64,000 bases of DNA, taken from the NCBI GenBank assembly GCA_964600315.1, contig CAZRKS010000001.1, positions 7,078 through 71,077 of the forward strand. Reading direction: 5' to 3'. This DNA is from an uncultured Steroidobacteraceae bacterium (GTDB lineage: Bacteria > Pseudomonadota > Gammaproteobacteria > Steroidobacterales > Steroidobacteraceae). The notes below the pieces were generated by a model that saw nothing but the letters and a program-made list of their open reading frames with translations, was not told the origin of the DNA and made no database searches. The position numbers were made by a program, and so were the translations under genes. The number at the start of each line of letters is the position of its first letter. Within the stretch, counting starts at the first letter, position 1. This document shows, piece by piece, positions 9,165-18,636 of this stretch.

Positions 9165-10040
9165 TCAGAACACCGGCAGCGGCAAACTCTTCACCGCCAC
9201 CTCACCGCCGACACGCTGCAGGTACTCGGCCTCGCCGCAGGCGACGTAGCGCTCGAAGTACTGCGCCCAGCCGCTCTGTTCCTTCGCGCTCGCGGCGTAC
9301 TCCTTGAAATGCCTGACGTCGAACCCGTAGAGCGGCGCACAGGAAGTCGGGTGTGCGCCACAGGGCGCGTGCACGACGCCGGTGGTCTGTGCGCGCTCCC
9401 AGAACACGTAGCGCGCCTCCTCGCCCTGCTCGAACACGGCCGGCTCGACCAGTTCGTCGCACGTGACGTACGTGCGCGTGGCCGCGCGCGCGTACAGATC
9501 GTCCATGTAGAGGTCCGGACCCTTGACCTGACAGACGCCGCGCGCATCGGCACGGTCCACGTGCAGCAGGGCGACGTCGAGCGGCAGCGCCGGCATCGCC
9601 ACCCACTGCCGGTCGTCGTAGGGCGAGTCGACGAGCTGGATTCCGGGGTTGTGCCGGAGCACGTCGGTGCCGAGCCCCACGCGCGTCGGTATGAACGGCA
9701 CGCGCATCGCCGCCGCCTTCAATCCGAGCAGGAGCAACCCTTCGTCGATCTCCATCACTTCGATCGACCCGGACTGGCGCGCGACGCGGAAGTAGGGTTC
9801 GAGCGGGATGAAGTCGAGCGACACGAAGGCGAAGACCAGCTTCTTCACCTTTCCGGCAGCGCACAGCATGCCGACGTCCGCGCCGCCGTAGGACACGAGG
9901 GTGAGATCCTCGAGCGGGCTGCGCAGGATCTCGCGGATGAGCGCCATCGGCTTGCGCCGCGGCCCCCAGCCGCCGATGCCGATGGTCATGCCGTCGCGCA
10001 GCTGCGCGACGACGTCGCTGGCAGTCATGAGCTTGTTCAT
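9165..10040 (-). CDS. ipdA: CoA-transferase subunit A (IpdA-like)
   Basis: 291 aa. MTIGIGGWGPRRKPMALIREI is a typical class I CoA-transferase alpha N-terminus. First gene of the minus-strand operon. Alternative start at MTASDVV (10028). Confidence 0.8.
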   Translation of the reverse strand: MNKLMTASDVVAQLRDGMTIGIGGWGPRRKPMALIREILRSPLEDLTLVSYGGADVGMLCAAGKVKKLVFAFVSLDFIPLEPYFRVARQSGSIEVMEIDEGLLLLGLKAAAMRVPFIPTRVGLGTDVLRHNPGIQLVDSPYDDRQWVAMPALPLDVALLHVDRADARGVCQVKGPDLYMDDLYARAATRTYVTCDELVEPAVFEQGEEARYVFWERAQTTGVVHAPCGAHPTSCAPLYGFDVRHFKEYAASAKEQSGWAQYFERYVACGEAEYLQRVGGEVAVKSLPLPVF

Positions 10041-10116
10041 TCGAAAGCCATCCAGGCCACGAGCGCATCCCGAAAGATGCCAGCTCGCTTTTTACGCGAT
10101 CAGGTGGTGGGTGGCG

Positions 10117-10136
10117 CTACGTCCTAAAGGACTAGG
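10117..10136. promoter_or_regulatory. operator-like palindrome CTACGTCC-TAAA-GGACTAGG
   Basis: 12/16 arm positions match CATCGTCC-N4-GGACGATG. Lies in the 285-nt divergent region between the ipdA-like gene (start 10040) and the SDR (start 10326). Confidence 0.4.
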
Positions 10137-10325
10137 ACCGGCAAGCATCGAGCGAAATTGCCTTGCAACTGAGACGCTTGCGCGGACGCAGCCTGCGGCG
10201 GACCCAGGTTGGGGCTGCTCCATTTGCCATTCGCTCAATCGTTCTCGCAAACTGACCTCAACCACCCCCGCCTGCCGAGGACTCGCGGCGGCCCGGTGGA
10301 CCCGCGCTACGGAGGCAGGAACGCA

Positions 10326-11135
10326 ATGACGAGGCTCGCCGGAAAGATCGCGATCGTGACGGGTGCCGCTCGCGGCATGGGGGCGGCGATTGCGCGCCGT
10401 TTTGCGGAGGAAGGGGCGACCGTCGCGCTGACCGATGTCCTGCCCGAGGTCGAAGCGACGGCCGCGGCGATCGGTCCGATGGCCACGGCCTACCGCCACG
10501 ACGTTACCGATGAATCCCGCTGGCAGGAAATCGTCGACGGCGTGATCGCGCGCCACGGCCGCATCGACGTGCTGGTCAACAACGCGGGCATCCTGATGTT
10601 CAAGGACCTGCTCACGACGACCGTCGCCGACCTGCGCAGGATCCTCGACGTCAACGCGGTGGGCACGTTCATCGGGATGCGCACCGTCGCGCCCCACATG
10701 ATCCGGCAGCGCAGCGGTTCCATCGTCAACAACTCGTCGTGCGACGGCATCTCACCGGCCAACTCGCTCATCGCCTATGCCAGCTCGAAGTTCGCCGTGC
10801 GCGGGATGACGAAGGTTGCCGCGCTCGAACTCGGCCCGCATGGCGTGCGCGTCAACTCGGTGCACCCCGGCAGCATCAACACCCCCATGGTGAACCCGCT
10901 GGGTGCACCCACCGACGCGCTCAACCGAGGAATGTCGTGGTACTCGGCACAGCGGGTCGGCGATCCCGTAGAGGCCGCCAACTGCTTCGTGTTCCTCGCC
11001 TCCGACGAGTCGAGCTTCTGCATGGGCACCGAGTTGGTCGTCGACGGCGGCCTCATCGCCGGTCACTATTACTACGGCCTGCCTGGTGCACCCGAAGGGG
11101 TCCTGCCGCCGATGCGGAAGCCTTCGGGAGAATAG
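10326..11135 (+). CDS. short-chain dehydrogenase/reductase (hydroxysteroid dehydrogenase-like)
   Basis: Track ORF trimmed to ATG 10326, with GGAGG 10 nt upstream. [30 protein letters not shown] and YASSK motifs. Confidence 0.85.
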   Translation: MTRLAGKIAIVTGAARGMGAAIARRFAEEGATVALTDVLPEVEATAAAIGPMATAYRHDVTDESRWQEIVDGVIARHGRIDVLVNNAGILMFKDLLTTTVADLRRILDVNAVGTFIGMRTVAPHMIRQRSGSIVNNSSCDGISPANSLIAYASSKFAVRGMTKVAALELGPHGVRVNSVHPGSINTPMVNPLGAPTDALNRGMSWYSAQRVGDPVEAANCFVFLASDESSFCMGTELVVDGGLIAGHYYYGLPGAPEGVLPPMRKPSGE

Positions 11136-11200
11136 GCCGGATCGGTCACGGATGGCCTGGCGGCGCGGCCCCGGCGCCGCGCAGCGCCGCACCCGGTCCG

Positions 11201-12661
11201 TCAGCCGCGGCAATCGAAGTCGGCGGGATCGGGCGTCGTCATGGCATCCGCGAACGCCTGGTAACTCCACGGCCAGGTGTTTGGCACGCCCTCGGCGTCG
11301 AGGTACCAGCTGGCGCAGCCGGTCCCGAAGATCGTGCCTCGCGCCGCGGCGATGCGCCGCTCCTCATAGGCGGCAAGTGCGCTGCGCCTGGGCGCGATCT
11401 CGCGGCACTCGCCCCGATCGAGGCGTTCGATGAGCTGGGCGATGTAACCCCACTGGCGCTCGGCGACGTCGATGAGCGAGAAATTGCCGACGGGTGCGCC
11501 CGGTCCGTTCAGCATGAACAGGTTCGGAAAATCGGGCATCGAGATCGCCAGGTAGGCGTGCGGCCGCCTCGCCCAGAACTCCTCGAGCCGGACCCCGTCG
11601 CGGCCGACGACGTCCATCGGCCGCATGAAGCGATCGGCATGGAAGCCCGTCGCGAGAATCAGGACGTCGAGACCGTGGAGTGCGCCGTCGGCCGTCCGCA
11701 CCCCCTCCCCCTCGATGCGCTGGATCCGCTCCGTGACGAATGCGACGTCGGGTCGCTGCACGGCCTGGTAGTAGTCCGGCGAGAACACGAGACGCTTGCA
11801 CGCCGCGCGGTACGTCGGGCGCAGTTTCTCCCGCAGCGCCGGATCCTGGATGCTGCTCTCGAGGTGGGACCGGACGAGGCCCTCGATGAGGTGCATCGGC
11901 TCGGCGTCCGGATCCGCCACGGCATCGGTGAAGCGGCGGACGTTCGCGAGGTACGTATCGTCGAAGCGGATGGCATCGATGAGCCCGGGATCGGCGCGAA
12001 ACGCGCGCCGCTGCTCGTCGGTGTAACGCGGGTTCTCGATCGGCATGATCCACTGGGGCGAGCGCGAGAACTGCTCGACGCGCGCGGCGACTCCGGCGAG
12101 GGCGGAGACGAGCTGCACGCCCGTCGAGCCGTTGCCGATGATGCCGACGCGCTTGCCCTTCAGGTCGATGCCATCCTGCCAGCGCGCACTGTGGAAACAC
12201 GGACCCGCGAACGACCCGAGGCCCTCGATGTCCGGCATCCGCGGATGGTGCAGCACGCCGGTCGCGGCAATGACGACGTCGGCCTCGTAGCGGCCGCCGC
12301 GCAGGGTCTCGACCCGCCAGCAGCCGTCGAGAAAGCGGCACCGGCTGACCTCCTCGTCGAAGCGCATGACCTCGTGCAGTCCGAATCGGTCTGCGACGCC
12401 CTCGAAATAGCGCTGGATCTCCGGACCCGGGGCCAGATAACTGCTCCAGTCCGGATTCGGCGCGAAGGAATACGTGTAGGCATGGGCGGGCACGTCGCAA
12501 TAGAGCCCCGCATAGCGGTTCTCGCGCCAGGTGCCCCCGAGAGTCGCCCCCTTCTCGAGAATCGCGACCTTCTCATAGCCCGCCTCGCGCAGCCGGATAC
12601 CCGCGAGAATGCCGGACATTCCGGCGCCGATCACCACGAACCGCAGGTCACGATCAGGCAT
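11201..12661 (-). CDS. type I Baeyer-Villiger monooxygenase (FAD/NADPH)
   Basis: 486 aa. Dinucleotide motifs GAGMSG and GNGSTG. BVMO fingerprint FAGPCFHSARW (FxGxxxHxxxW). Confidence 0.85.
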   Translation of the reverse strand: MPDRDLRFVVIGAGMSGILAGIRLREAGYEKVAILEKGATLGGTWRENRYAGLYCDVPAHAYTYSFAPNPDWSSYLAPGPEIQRYFEGVADRFGLHEVMRFDEEVSRCRFLDGCWRVETLRGGRYEADVVIAATGVLHHPRMPDIEGLGSFAGPCFHSARWQDGIDLKGKRVGIIGNGSTGVQLVSALAGVAARVEQFSRSPQWIMPIENPRYTDEQRRAFRADPGLIDAIRFDDTYLANVRRFTDAVADPDAEPMHLIEGLVRSHLESSIQDPALREKLRPTYRAACKRLVFSPDYYQAVQRPDVAFVTERIQRIEGEGVRTADGALHGLDVLILATGFHADRFMRPMDVVGRDGVRLEEFWARRPHAYLAISMPDFPNLFMLNGPGAPVGNFSLIDVAERQWGYIAQLIERLDRGECREIAPRRSALAAYEERRIAAARGTIFGTGCASWYLDAEGVPNTWPWSYQAFADAMTTPDPADFDCRG

Positions 12662-13499
12662 CTTCGTCGTACTCCGCGGCCATCGATGGCGTCGCCTGGG
12701 TCGTGAGGTAGTGCGCGCGTTCCGCAGCCATCTGCGTCGTCATCTCCGGGTGGGTCGATACCCAGAAACGACGCGCCGCAATGCCTTCCAGGATGAGCCG
12801 GGCCGCCTCGTCGGGTTCCATTCCATGGGCGGCCAGCAGCCGCTTCATCTGGGCGACGTGGCGGGTGACAGGCCCCGGGCGGGTATCTTGCGGTACATCC
12901 TCGAAGATACGGGTCTTGACCGGGCCGGGCAGCACCGCCGAGACGCTCACGTGCGGCGCCGCGAACTGCAACTCGAGCGACAGGCACTCGCTGAACGAGA
13001 GGACGGCGTGCTTGCTCACGAGGTACGGCGCTTCCCACGCGGCCATGCCCAGACCGCCGACCGAGGAGAGGTTCGCGATGTAGGCCGGAGCACCGCGCTC
13101 GATCATCGGCGGCAGGAAGGTGCGCGCGCCGTGGATCACGCCGAGCACGTTCACGCGCAAGGCCCGCTCCCAGTCCCCAGCCGTCAGGTCCCACGTGCTG
13201 CCCGCGAGTTCGACGCCCGCGTTGTTGACGAGGAGACGGACGTCGCCGAATCGTTCGCGGGTCGCGGCGGCGAGCGCTTCGACGGAGGCTGCGTCGGCGA
13301 CGTCGGTCGTCACGGGCAACGCAGCACCTCCTCCGGCGCAGATTTCCTCCGCGACGCGCGCGATGCGCTCCGCGGCGATGTCCGCGAGCACGACGCTCAT
13401 GCCGAGGCCCGCGGCGGCGCGCGCAATGCCCTCGCCGATGCCGCTGCCGGCCCCCGTCACCACAGCGACGCCGCCTGCGAATGCTTCTCGCGGATTCAC
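12654..13499 (-). CDS. short-chain dehydrogenase/reductase
   Basis: GTG start 13499. VAVVTGAGSGIGEGIA, NNAG and YLVSK motifs. 8-nt overlap with the BVMO gene. Confidence 0.85.
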   Translation of the reverse strand: MNPREAFAGGVAVVTGAGSGIGEGIARAAAGLGMSVVLADIAAERIARVAEEICAGGGAALPVTTDVADAASVEALAAATRERFGDVRLLVNNAGVELAGSTWDLTAGDWERALRVNVLGVIHGARTFLPPMIERGAPAYIANLSSVGGLGMAAWEAPYLVSKHAVLSFSECLSLELQFAAPHVSVSAVLPGPVKTRIFEDVPQDTRPGPVTRHVAQMKRLLAAHGMEPDEAARLILEGIAARRFWVSTHPEMTTQMAAERAHYLTTQATPSMAAEYDEDA

Positions 13500-13533
13500 T
13501 GCAAGCCGTGTCCTCTGTCGCCCTGCCGGGCCG

Positions 13534-14505
13534 TCAGTCGAACATCGCGCGACGCAGCGCCTCGCGACTGTCGCGCAGCGCTGCCAGTGACGTGCGCGCC
13601 TCTGCCGCGATGTTGAATCCGTGGTACGCGCCCGGATAAACGTGCAGTTCGACCGCGACCCCTGCGCGAGTCAGGCGACGCGCGAACTCCAGGTTTTCCT
13701 CCAGGAACAGGTCGAGCGCACCGACCGAGATGAAGGCCGGAGGGAGCCCGGAGAGATCCGTCGCTCGCGCCGCGGCGGCGCAGGCCGGGACGCCCTCGCC
13801 TCCGGCGGGCCGCCCCAGGTACGCCTCCCAGCCAATCCGGTTGTCCTCCGGCGTCCATACGAATTCGCCGGTGTACGGATGCGGATCTGGATCGACGCAG
13901 GTCCGGTCGTCGATCATGGGGTAGATCAGGTGCTGGAAGGCGATGGCCGCCAGACCCCGATCACGTGCCAGCAGGGCGAGGGCGGCCGCGAGCCCGCCGC
14001 CTGCGCTCTCGCCCATGACGCCGATTCGCGCCGGATCGACCCCGAGCGACGATGCCTCGCGGGTGAGCCAGTGCAGGACCGTGAAGCAGTCCTCCAGAGC
14101 CGCCGGGTACGGATGCTCGGGCGCCAGGCGGTAGTCCACCGAGCAGACGACGCAACCGAGTTCCGCGACCAGCAACCGGTTCGACAGGTCGTTGACCTCG
14201 GGCGCGCCGACCACGTAGCCGCCACCGTGGATCTGCAGCACAGCCGGACGCAGCCCCGCGGCACCCACCGGCCTGTACAGCAGCACGCGCACGTCCGTTG
14301 CATGGCCCGGCGCGCCCGCCCGAAGCTCATCGCGGCGGACCGGAAGATCGTCGCGCGGTGGAACTTCCGCGTACAACGTCGCGAAGCGCGCGCGCGTTTC
14401 CGCAATGGTCTCGGGGGTGAGTCGAATCGCCGGGAGCAGTTCGAGCCCGGGCTTCAACTGCGGATCGACGAGGTGAGCGGTCGCTCGCACGACGCGGGAG
14501 TTCAA
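13534..14505 (-). CDS. alpha/beta hydrolase, hormone-sensitive-lipase-family esterase
   Basis: HGGGYVVG oxyanion motif and GESAGG nucleophile elbow. The track start at 14505 is TTG, overlapping the upstream stop (TTGA). In-frame GTG codons a few residues downstream are alternatives. Confidence 0.8.
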   Translation of the reverse strand: MNSRVVRATAHLVDPQLKPGLELLPAIRLTPETIAETRARFATLYAEVPPRDDLPVRRDELRAGAPGHATDVRVLLYRPVGAAGLRPAVLQIHGGGYVVGAPEVNDLSNRLLVAELGCVVCSVDYRLAPEHPYPAALEDCFTVLHWLTREASSLGVDPARIGVMGESAGGGLAAALALLARDRGLAAIAFQHLIYPMIDDRTCVDPDPHPYTGEFVWTPEDNRIGWEAYLGRPAGGEGVPACAAAARATDLSGLPPAFISVGALDLFLEENLEFARRLTRAGVAVELHVYPGAYHGFNIAAEARTSLAALRDSREALRRAMFD

Positions 14506-16199
14506 GGCTGCTCACTGAAGAGGCGCTGGAGATCGGCCTTGAGCAGCTTGCCCGTCGGATTCTTCGGCAGCGGTTCCCGGCGCACGAGGATGCGGGACGG
14601 CACTTTGTAGGCGGCGAGGCGCTCGGCGACGAAGGCCCGGAGCTGCGCCTCGGTCGGGGACGCGCCTGCCACCGGAACGACGACGGCCGCCACCGCCTCG
14701 CCGTGTGCCGGGTCGGGGATCGGTATCACGCCGGCCTCGGCGAGTCCCGGGTGCTGCAGCAGGCAGGATTCGACCTCGGCTGCCGCGATCTTCTCGCCGG
14801 CCCGGTTGATGACGTTCTTGATCCGGTCGACGACGAACAGGGAGCCGTCCTTCAGGTAGCCGACATCGCCGGTGCGCAGCCAGCCATCGTGCAGCGCCGC
14901 GGCCGTCGCCTCAGGCATGCCCCAGTACTCGCGCATCACGGCGACGCCGCGCACCTGGATTTCGCCCGCCTCACCCTCCGGCTGGATCCGGCCCTCGGGG
15001 CTCACGATGCGCAGCTCCGCGATCGGTGAGATCTTGCCCGAGCTCGTGGGCGCCGCGCGGAAGCCGTCGCCCGAGATCGCGGTCACCGCGCCGCCGGTCT
15101 CGGTCATGCCGAAGCCGACGCCCGACATCGACGGCCCGAGGCCTTCGAGGACCTCGTCGATCACGCGCTGTGGCAGCCCGGCGCCGCCGAAGCCGATGCC
15201 GGCGAGCAGGCTGCGCACCGCCTTGTAGTCGAACGTCGGGTGCTCCAGCATCCGCATCACCATCGCCGGCGCGGCGTTGAACTGCGTCACCCGGTGCTCG
15301 AGGATCAGTTCGATCGCTTCGGCCGGGTCCCAGCGGTGCATGAAGACGAGCTTGCGGCCGTGGACCAGATTGGTCAGGAGCTGCGCGTGCAGCCCGCTCA
15401 CGTGGAAGAGCGGCACGACCGTGAGCGTGGTCGGCGCCAGCGCGCGGCGCATGAGGTTCTCGACGACGCCCGGGGAGGACATCGCCGACAGGGCGGCGAT
15501 GTAGTCGATGTTCATGATCGACTGGCAGACCGCGAGATGGGTCGTGAGCACGGCCTTCGGCCGCGTCGTGGCTCCCGAAGTGAACAGCAGCAGCGCCGGG
15601 TCCTGCGGACCGAGCTGCACCGGCGGCGGCGCCGGGCGCGCGGGCCGCGTGACGTCGTGCCACGCGTGCACGCCACTGCCGGGCTTGGGCTCGCCATCGC
15701 AGAGCACGACCTCGGCGCCGAGCGACCGCCAGTCCTCGCCCAGCCGCTCGAGCCGGTCGGCATCCATGATCAAGGCCCGAGGCTTGACCGTGGCGCACGC
15801 CCCCAGCAGCTCGTCATGCAGGCCGAAGCTGTTCACCGGCGCGGGCACCGCACCCGCGAGTGCGGCGCCCAGGAACGCGACCGCCCATTCCGGCCGGTTG
15901 CGCATCGCAATCACGACGCGGTCGCCCGGCTGGACACCCAGCTTTTCCCTCAGTGCCCAGGCCAGGGCATCGGCCTCGGCGAACACGCGCGCGTACGTCC
16001 AGGTCTCGTCCCGGTAGACGATGAACGGCTTCTCGCCGTGCGCCCGCGCGGTGTTGATGAGATCGGGCAGCGTCGCCTTTGCGTGGCGGTAGGCCCGGAG
16101 CTTCTGTCCGCCGACTTCGACTTCGGTCAGCTCGAACGGCGCGCCGGGCCCCGTCAGCTTCTCACGCAGGCCCGTCAGCAGGCTGGTAATGGCGTCCAT
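14502..16199 (-). CDS. acyl-CoA synthetase (AMP-forming, ANL superfamily)
   Basis: Track ORF trimmed to ATG 16199 (MDAITSLLTGLREKL...), 565 aa. AMP-binding motif LLFTSGATTRPKAV, plus GFGMTETGG and TGDVGYLKDG. Confidence 0.85.
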   Translation of the reverse strand: MDAITSLLTGLREKLTGPGAPFELTEVEVGGQKLRAYRHAKATLPDLINTARAHGEKPFIVYRDETWTYARVFAEADALAWALREKLGVQPGDRVVIAMRNRPEWAVAFLGAALAGAVPAPVNSFGLHDELLGACATVKPRALIMDADRLERLGEDWRSLGAEVVLCDGEPKPGSGVHAWHDVTRPARPAPPPVQLGPQDPALLLFTSGATTRPKAVLTTHLAVCQSIMNIDYIAALSAMSSPGVVENLMRRALAPTTLTVVPLFHVSGLHAQLLTNLVHGRKLVFMHRWDPAEAIELILEHRVTQFNAAPAMVMRMLEHPTFDYKAVRSLLAGIGFGGAGLPQRVIDEVLEGLGPSMSGVGFGMTETGGAVTAISGDGFRAAPTSSGKISPIAELRIVSPEGRIQPEGEAGEIQVRGVAVMREYWGMPEATAAALHDGWLRTGDVGYLKDGSLFVVDRIKNVINRAGEKIAAAEVESCLLQHPGLAEAGVIPIPDPAHGEAVAAVVVPVAGASPTEAQLRAFVAERLAAYKVPSRILVRREPLPKNPTGKLLKADLQRLFSEQP

Positions 16200-16227
16200 T
16201 CGATCTTCCCCCTGGTCTCGCCGGCCG

Positions 16228-17376
16228 TCAGAACGCCCGCAGGCGCGCGTAGCGATCGCGATGAAACGAGCCGTCGCCGAAAGTCTGTTGTAGCACGCGT
16301 GCCCGCTTGAGAAACAGCCCGATGTCGAGGTCGTCGGTGACGCCGACGCCGCCGTGCATCTGCACCGCCTCGTTGAGCGCCTTCTCGCTAAGGTCGGAGG
16401 CGCGCGCCTTGGCGAGGCTCGCGAGCTCCGCCGCCCCGCCCTCGCCACGGTCGTCGGCATCCGCGGCCTCGAGCGCCGCGGCGAGGCTGCTGCGCAGCAG
16501 TTCGATCTCGACGTACAGCCGCGCAGCGCGGTGCTGCAGCGCCTGGAACGATCCAATGGGCACGTCGAACTGCACCCGCTGCTTGAGATAGGCGACCGTA
16601 CGCTCGAACGCCTCGCTGATCACGCCCAGCAGTTCCGCGGCGACGCAGACGCGCGCACGATCGAGCACGCGGTCGAGCACGCCGAACGCCACGTCCGGCG
16701 CGCCGATGACAGCCTCGTCACCGAGCTGAACGCCCTCGAGGCGGACGCGCGCCGCGTTGCGGCTGTCCACCATCCAGCGGCGCTCGACCTGCACGCCGGG
16801 CGCCGCCGGGTCCACGAGGAAGAGGCTGAGCCCGGCAGACTGACCCGCCGCGCCCGAACTGCGCGCCACCACGATGAGCCGGTCGGCGACGTGGCCGTCG
16901 AGCACGAACTCCTTGTCCCCGTCGAGCCGCCAGAGACCCGCCTCGCGCGAGGCACGCAGCGTCACCCGCGTCGGGTCGTGGCGCGGCGTCTCTTCGAGCG
17001 CAACGGCGAGCAGCGCCTCGCCCGCGGCGATCCTCGGCAGCCAGATCTCGCGCTGCGCCTCGCTGCCGGCCTCCGTGAGCAGGCCCCCGCCCAGCACGAC
17101 GGTGGACAGGAGTGGCGTGGCGGCGAGGTTGCGGCCGATCTGCTCGAAGACGGCGCCCAGGCCCTGGTAGCCGACTCCCAGTCCGCCGTAGGCCTCGGGC
17201 AGCACGGCGGCCGGCCAGCCGAGCCCGGCCATCTCGTGCCAGATTGCCGGGTCGTAGCCGCGCTCGTCGCGTCGATCCCGCAGCGCCCGCAGCGCCGAGA
17301 CCGGCGAACGGGTGGCTAGGAACTCTGCCGCGCTGTCGCGCAGCATGCGCTGCTCGTCGTTCAAGAGGAGCGTCAC
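16228..17376 (-). CDS. acyl-CoA dehydrogenase family protein, beta-type subunit
   Basis: Trimmed to GTG 17376 (VTLLLNDEQRMLRDSAAEFL), with GAGG 5 nt upstream and 8 nt after the partner's stop. The C-terminus HGGVGVTDDLDIGLFLKRARVL lacks the catalytic Glu motif. Confidence 0.8.
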   Translation of the reverse strand: MTLLLNDEQRMLRDSAAEFLATRSPVSALRALRDRRDERGYDPAIWHEMAGLGWPAAVLPEAYGGLGVGYQGLGAVFEQIGRNLAATPLLSTVVLGGGLLTEAGSEAQREIWLPRIAAGEALLAVALEETPRHDPTRVTLRASREAGLWRLDGDKEFVLDGHVADRLIVVARSSGAAGQSAGLSLFLVDPAAPGVQVERRWMVDSRNAARVRLEGVQLGDEAVIGAPDVAFGVLDRVLDRARVCVAAELLGVISEAFERTVAYLKQRVQFDVPIGSFQALQHRAARLYVEIELLRSSLAAALEAADADDRGEGGAAELASLAKARASDLSEKALNEAVQMHGGVGVTDDLDIGLFLKRARVLQQTFGDGSFHRDRYARLRAF

Positions 17377-17383
17377 GGCGACC

Positions 17384-18556
17384 TCAGGTCGGTAGCCCGA
17401 GCACGCGCCGGGCGATGATGTTGAGCTGGATTTCCGAGGCGCCGCCCGCAATCGTGTACGACTTGGCATAGAGCCAGAGCCGGCACACCGCGCGCTCATC
17501 CGTGGTGAAGCCCTCGCCTTCCATGCCGAGACCGCGCTGCCCCATGATCTGCTGCAGCAGTTCGTACTTGGCGGATTCCTGTTCCGTCTGCACGAGCTTC
17601 ATGATCGAAGCGAGCCCGTGGACGTCCTCGCGCGCCAGGGCCATCTCGCGCAGGCGGCGCACCGTCAGCGAGAACGCGTGCTGGTCCATCAGCGCGGCGG
17701 CCATGCGGTCGCGCCACACCGGACCGGCCTCGGCCAGGTAGGGCACGGCAATGGCCAGCGCGTCGAGCGACGGGGCGCCGCCCTCGGACAACTTCGACAT
17801 CGCGGCCCGCTCGTGTTCGAGCAGCTTCTTCGCCACGCCCCAGCCCTGGTTGATGCCGCCGACGACATTCCGCGCCGGCACGCGCACGCCATCGAAAAAC
17901 ACTTCGCAGAACCCGGACTTGCCGCTGATCAGCTCGATCGGGCGCACCGTGACCCCGGGCGACTTCATGTCGAGCAGGATGAAGCTGATGCCCTGCTGCT
18001 TCTTCGCCTGCGGATCGGTGCGCACCAGGGCATACATCCAGTCGGCCAGGTCGCCGTCGCTGGTCCAGATCTTCTGTCCGGTGACGATGAAGTCGTCGCC
18101 GTCGCGCACCGCGGCGGTCTTCAGGCTCGCAAGGTCCGAGCCGGCGTTCGGCTCCGAGAAGCCCTGGCACCAGCGCACCTCTCCACGAGCCATCGGGACC
18201 AGGTGTTCCCGCTTCTGCTCCTCGGTGCCGAACTCGAGCAGCACCGGTCCGAGCATCCAGATGCCCAGGTTGTACTGCGGCTCGCGGCAGCCGAGCGCGC
18301 GCGTCTCCTGCTCCAGGATCCGCTGCTCGCGCGGACCGAGGCCGCCGCCACCAAGCGCCTTGGGCCAGCCGGGGACGAACCAGCCGCGGTCACGCATTCG
18401 CTCGAACCAGACACGCTGGTCCTCCGCGCGGAAGCTGACGCGGGAACCACTCCACACCATCTCGTCCGGGCTCGTGATCGGAGAGCGCATCGAGTGCGGG
18501 CAATTGGCTTCCAGCCATTGCCGCGTCTCGGCCCGAAACGTGTCGCTCTCGCTCAC
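17384..18556 (-). CDS. acyl-CoA dehydrogenase, alpha-type (catalytic) subunit
   Basis: Trimmed to GTG 18556 (VSESDTFRAETRQWLEANCP), preceded by GGGAGA. C-terminal YTIAGGASEIQLNIIARRVLGLP. The exact start is uncertain. Confidence 0.8.
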   Translation of the reverse strand: MSESDTFRAETRQWLEANCPHSMRSPITSPDEMVWSGSRVSFRAEDQRVWFERMRDRGWFVPGWPKALGGGGLGPREQRILEQETRALGCREPQYNLGIWMLGPVLLEFGTEEQKREHLVPMARGEVRWCQGFSEPNAGSDLASLKTAAVRDGDDFIVTGQKIWTSDGDLADWMYALVRTDPQAKKQQGISFILLDMKSPGVTVRPIELISGKSGFCEVFFDGVRVPARNVVGGINQGWGVAKKLLEHERAAMSKLSEGGAPSLDALAIAVPYLAEAGPVWRDRMAAALMDQHAFSLTVRRLREMALAREDVHGLASIMKLVQTEQESAKYELLQQIMGQRGLGMEGEGFTTDERAVCRLWLYAKSYTIAGGASEIQLNIIARRVLGLPT

Positions 18557-18636
18557 CAGTGCGTCTCCCTGTGGTCGGCCCTCTGCGCGACGCTGCGGCG
18601 GAAGGCGTCGTTCGCCTCGATGGGGCGCGCGGCCGC

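Noticed and set aside
11150-11200. Short GC stem (GCGCGGC-CCCGGC-GCCGCGC) between the convergent SDR and BVMO genes, as a bidirectional terminator
   Set aside because: The stem is only 7 bp, has no flanking T/A tracts, and is of a kind expected frequently by chance at this GC content.
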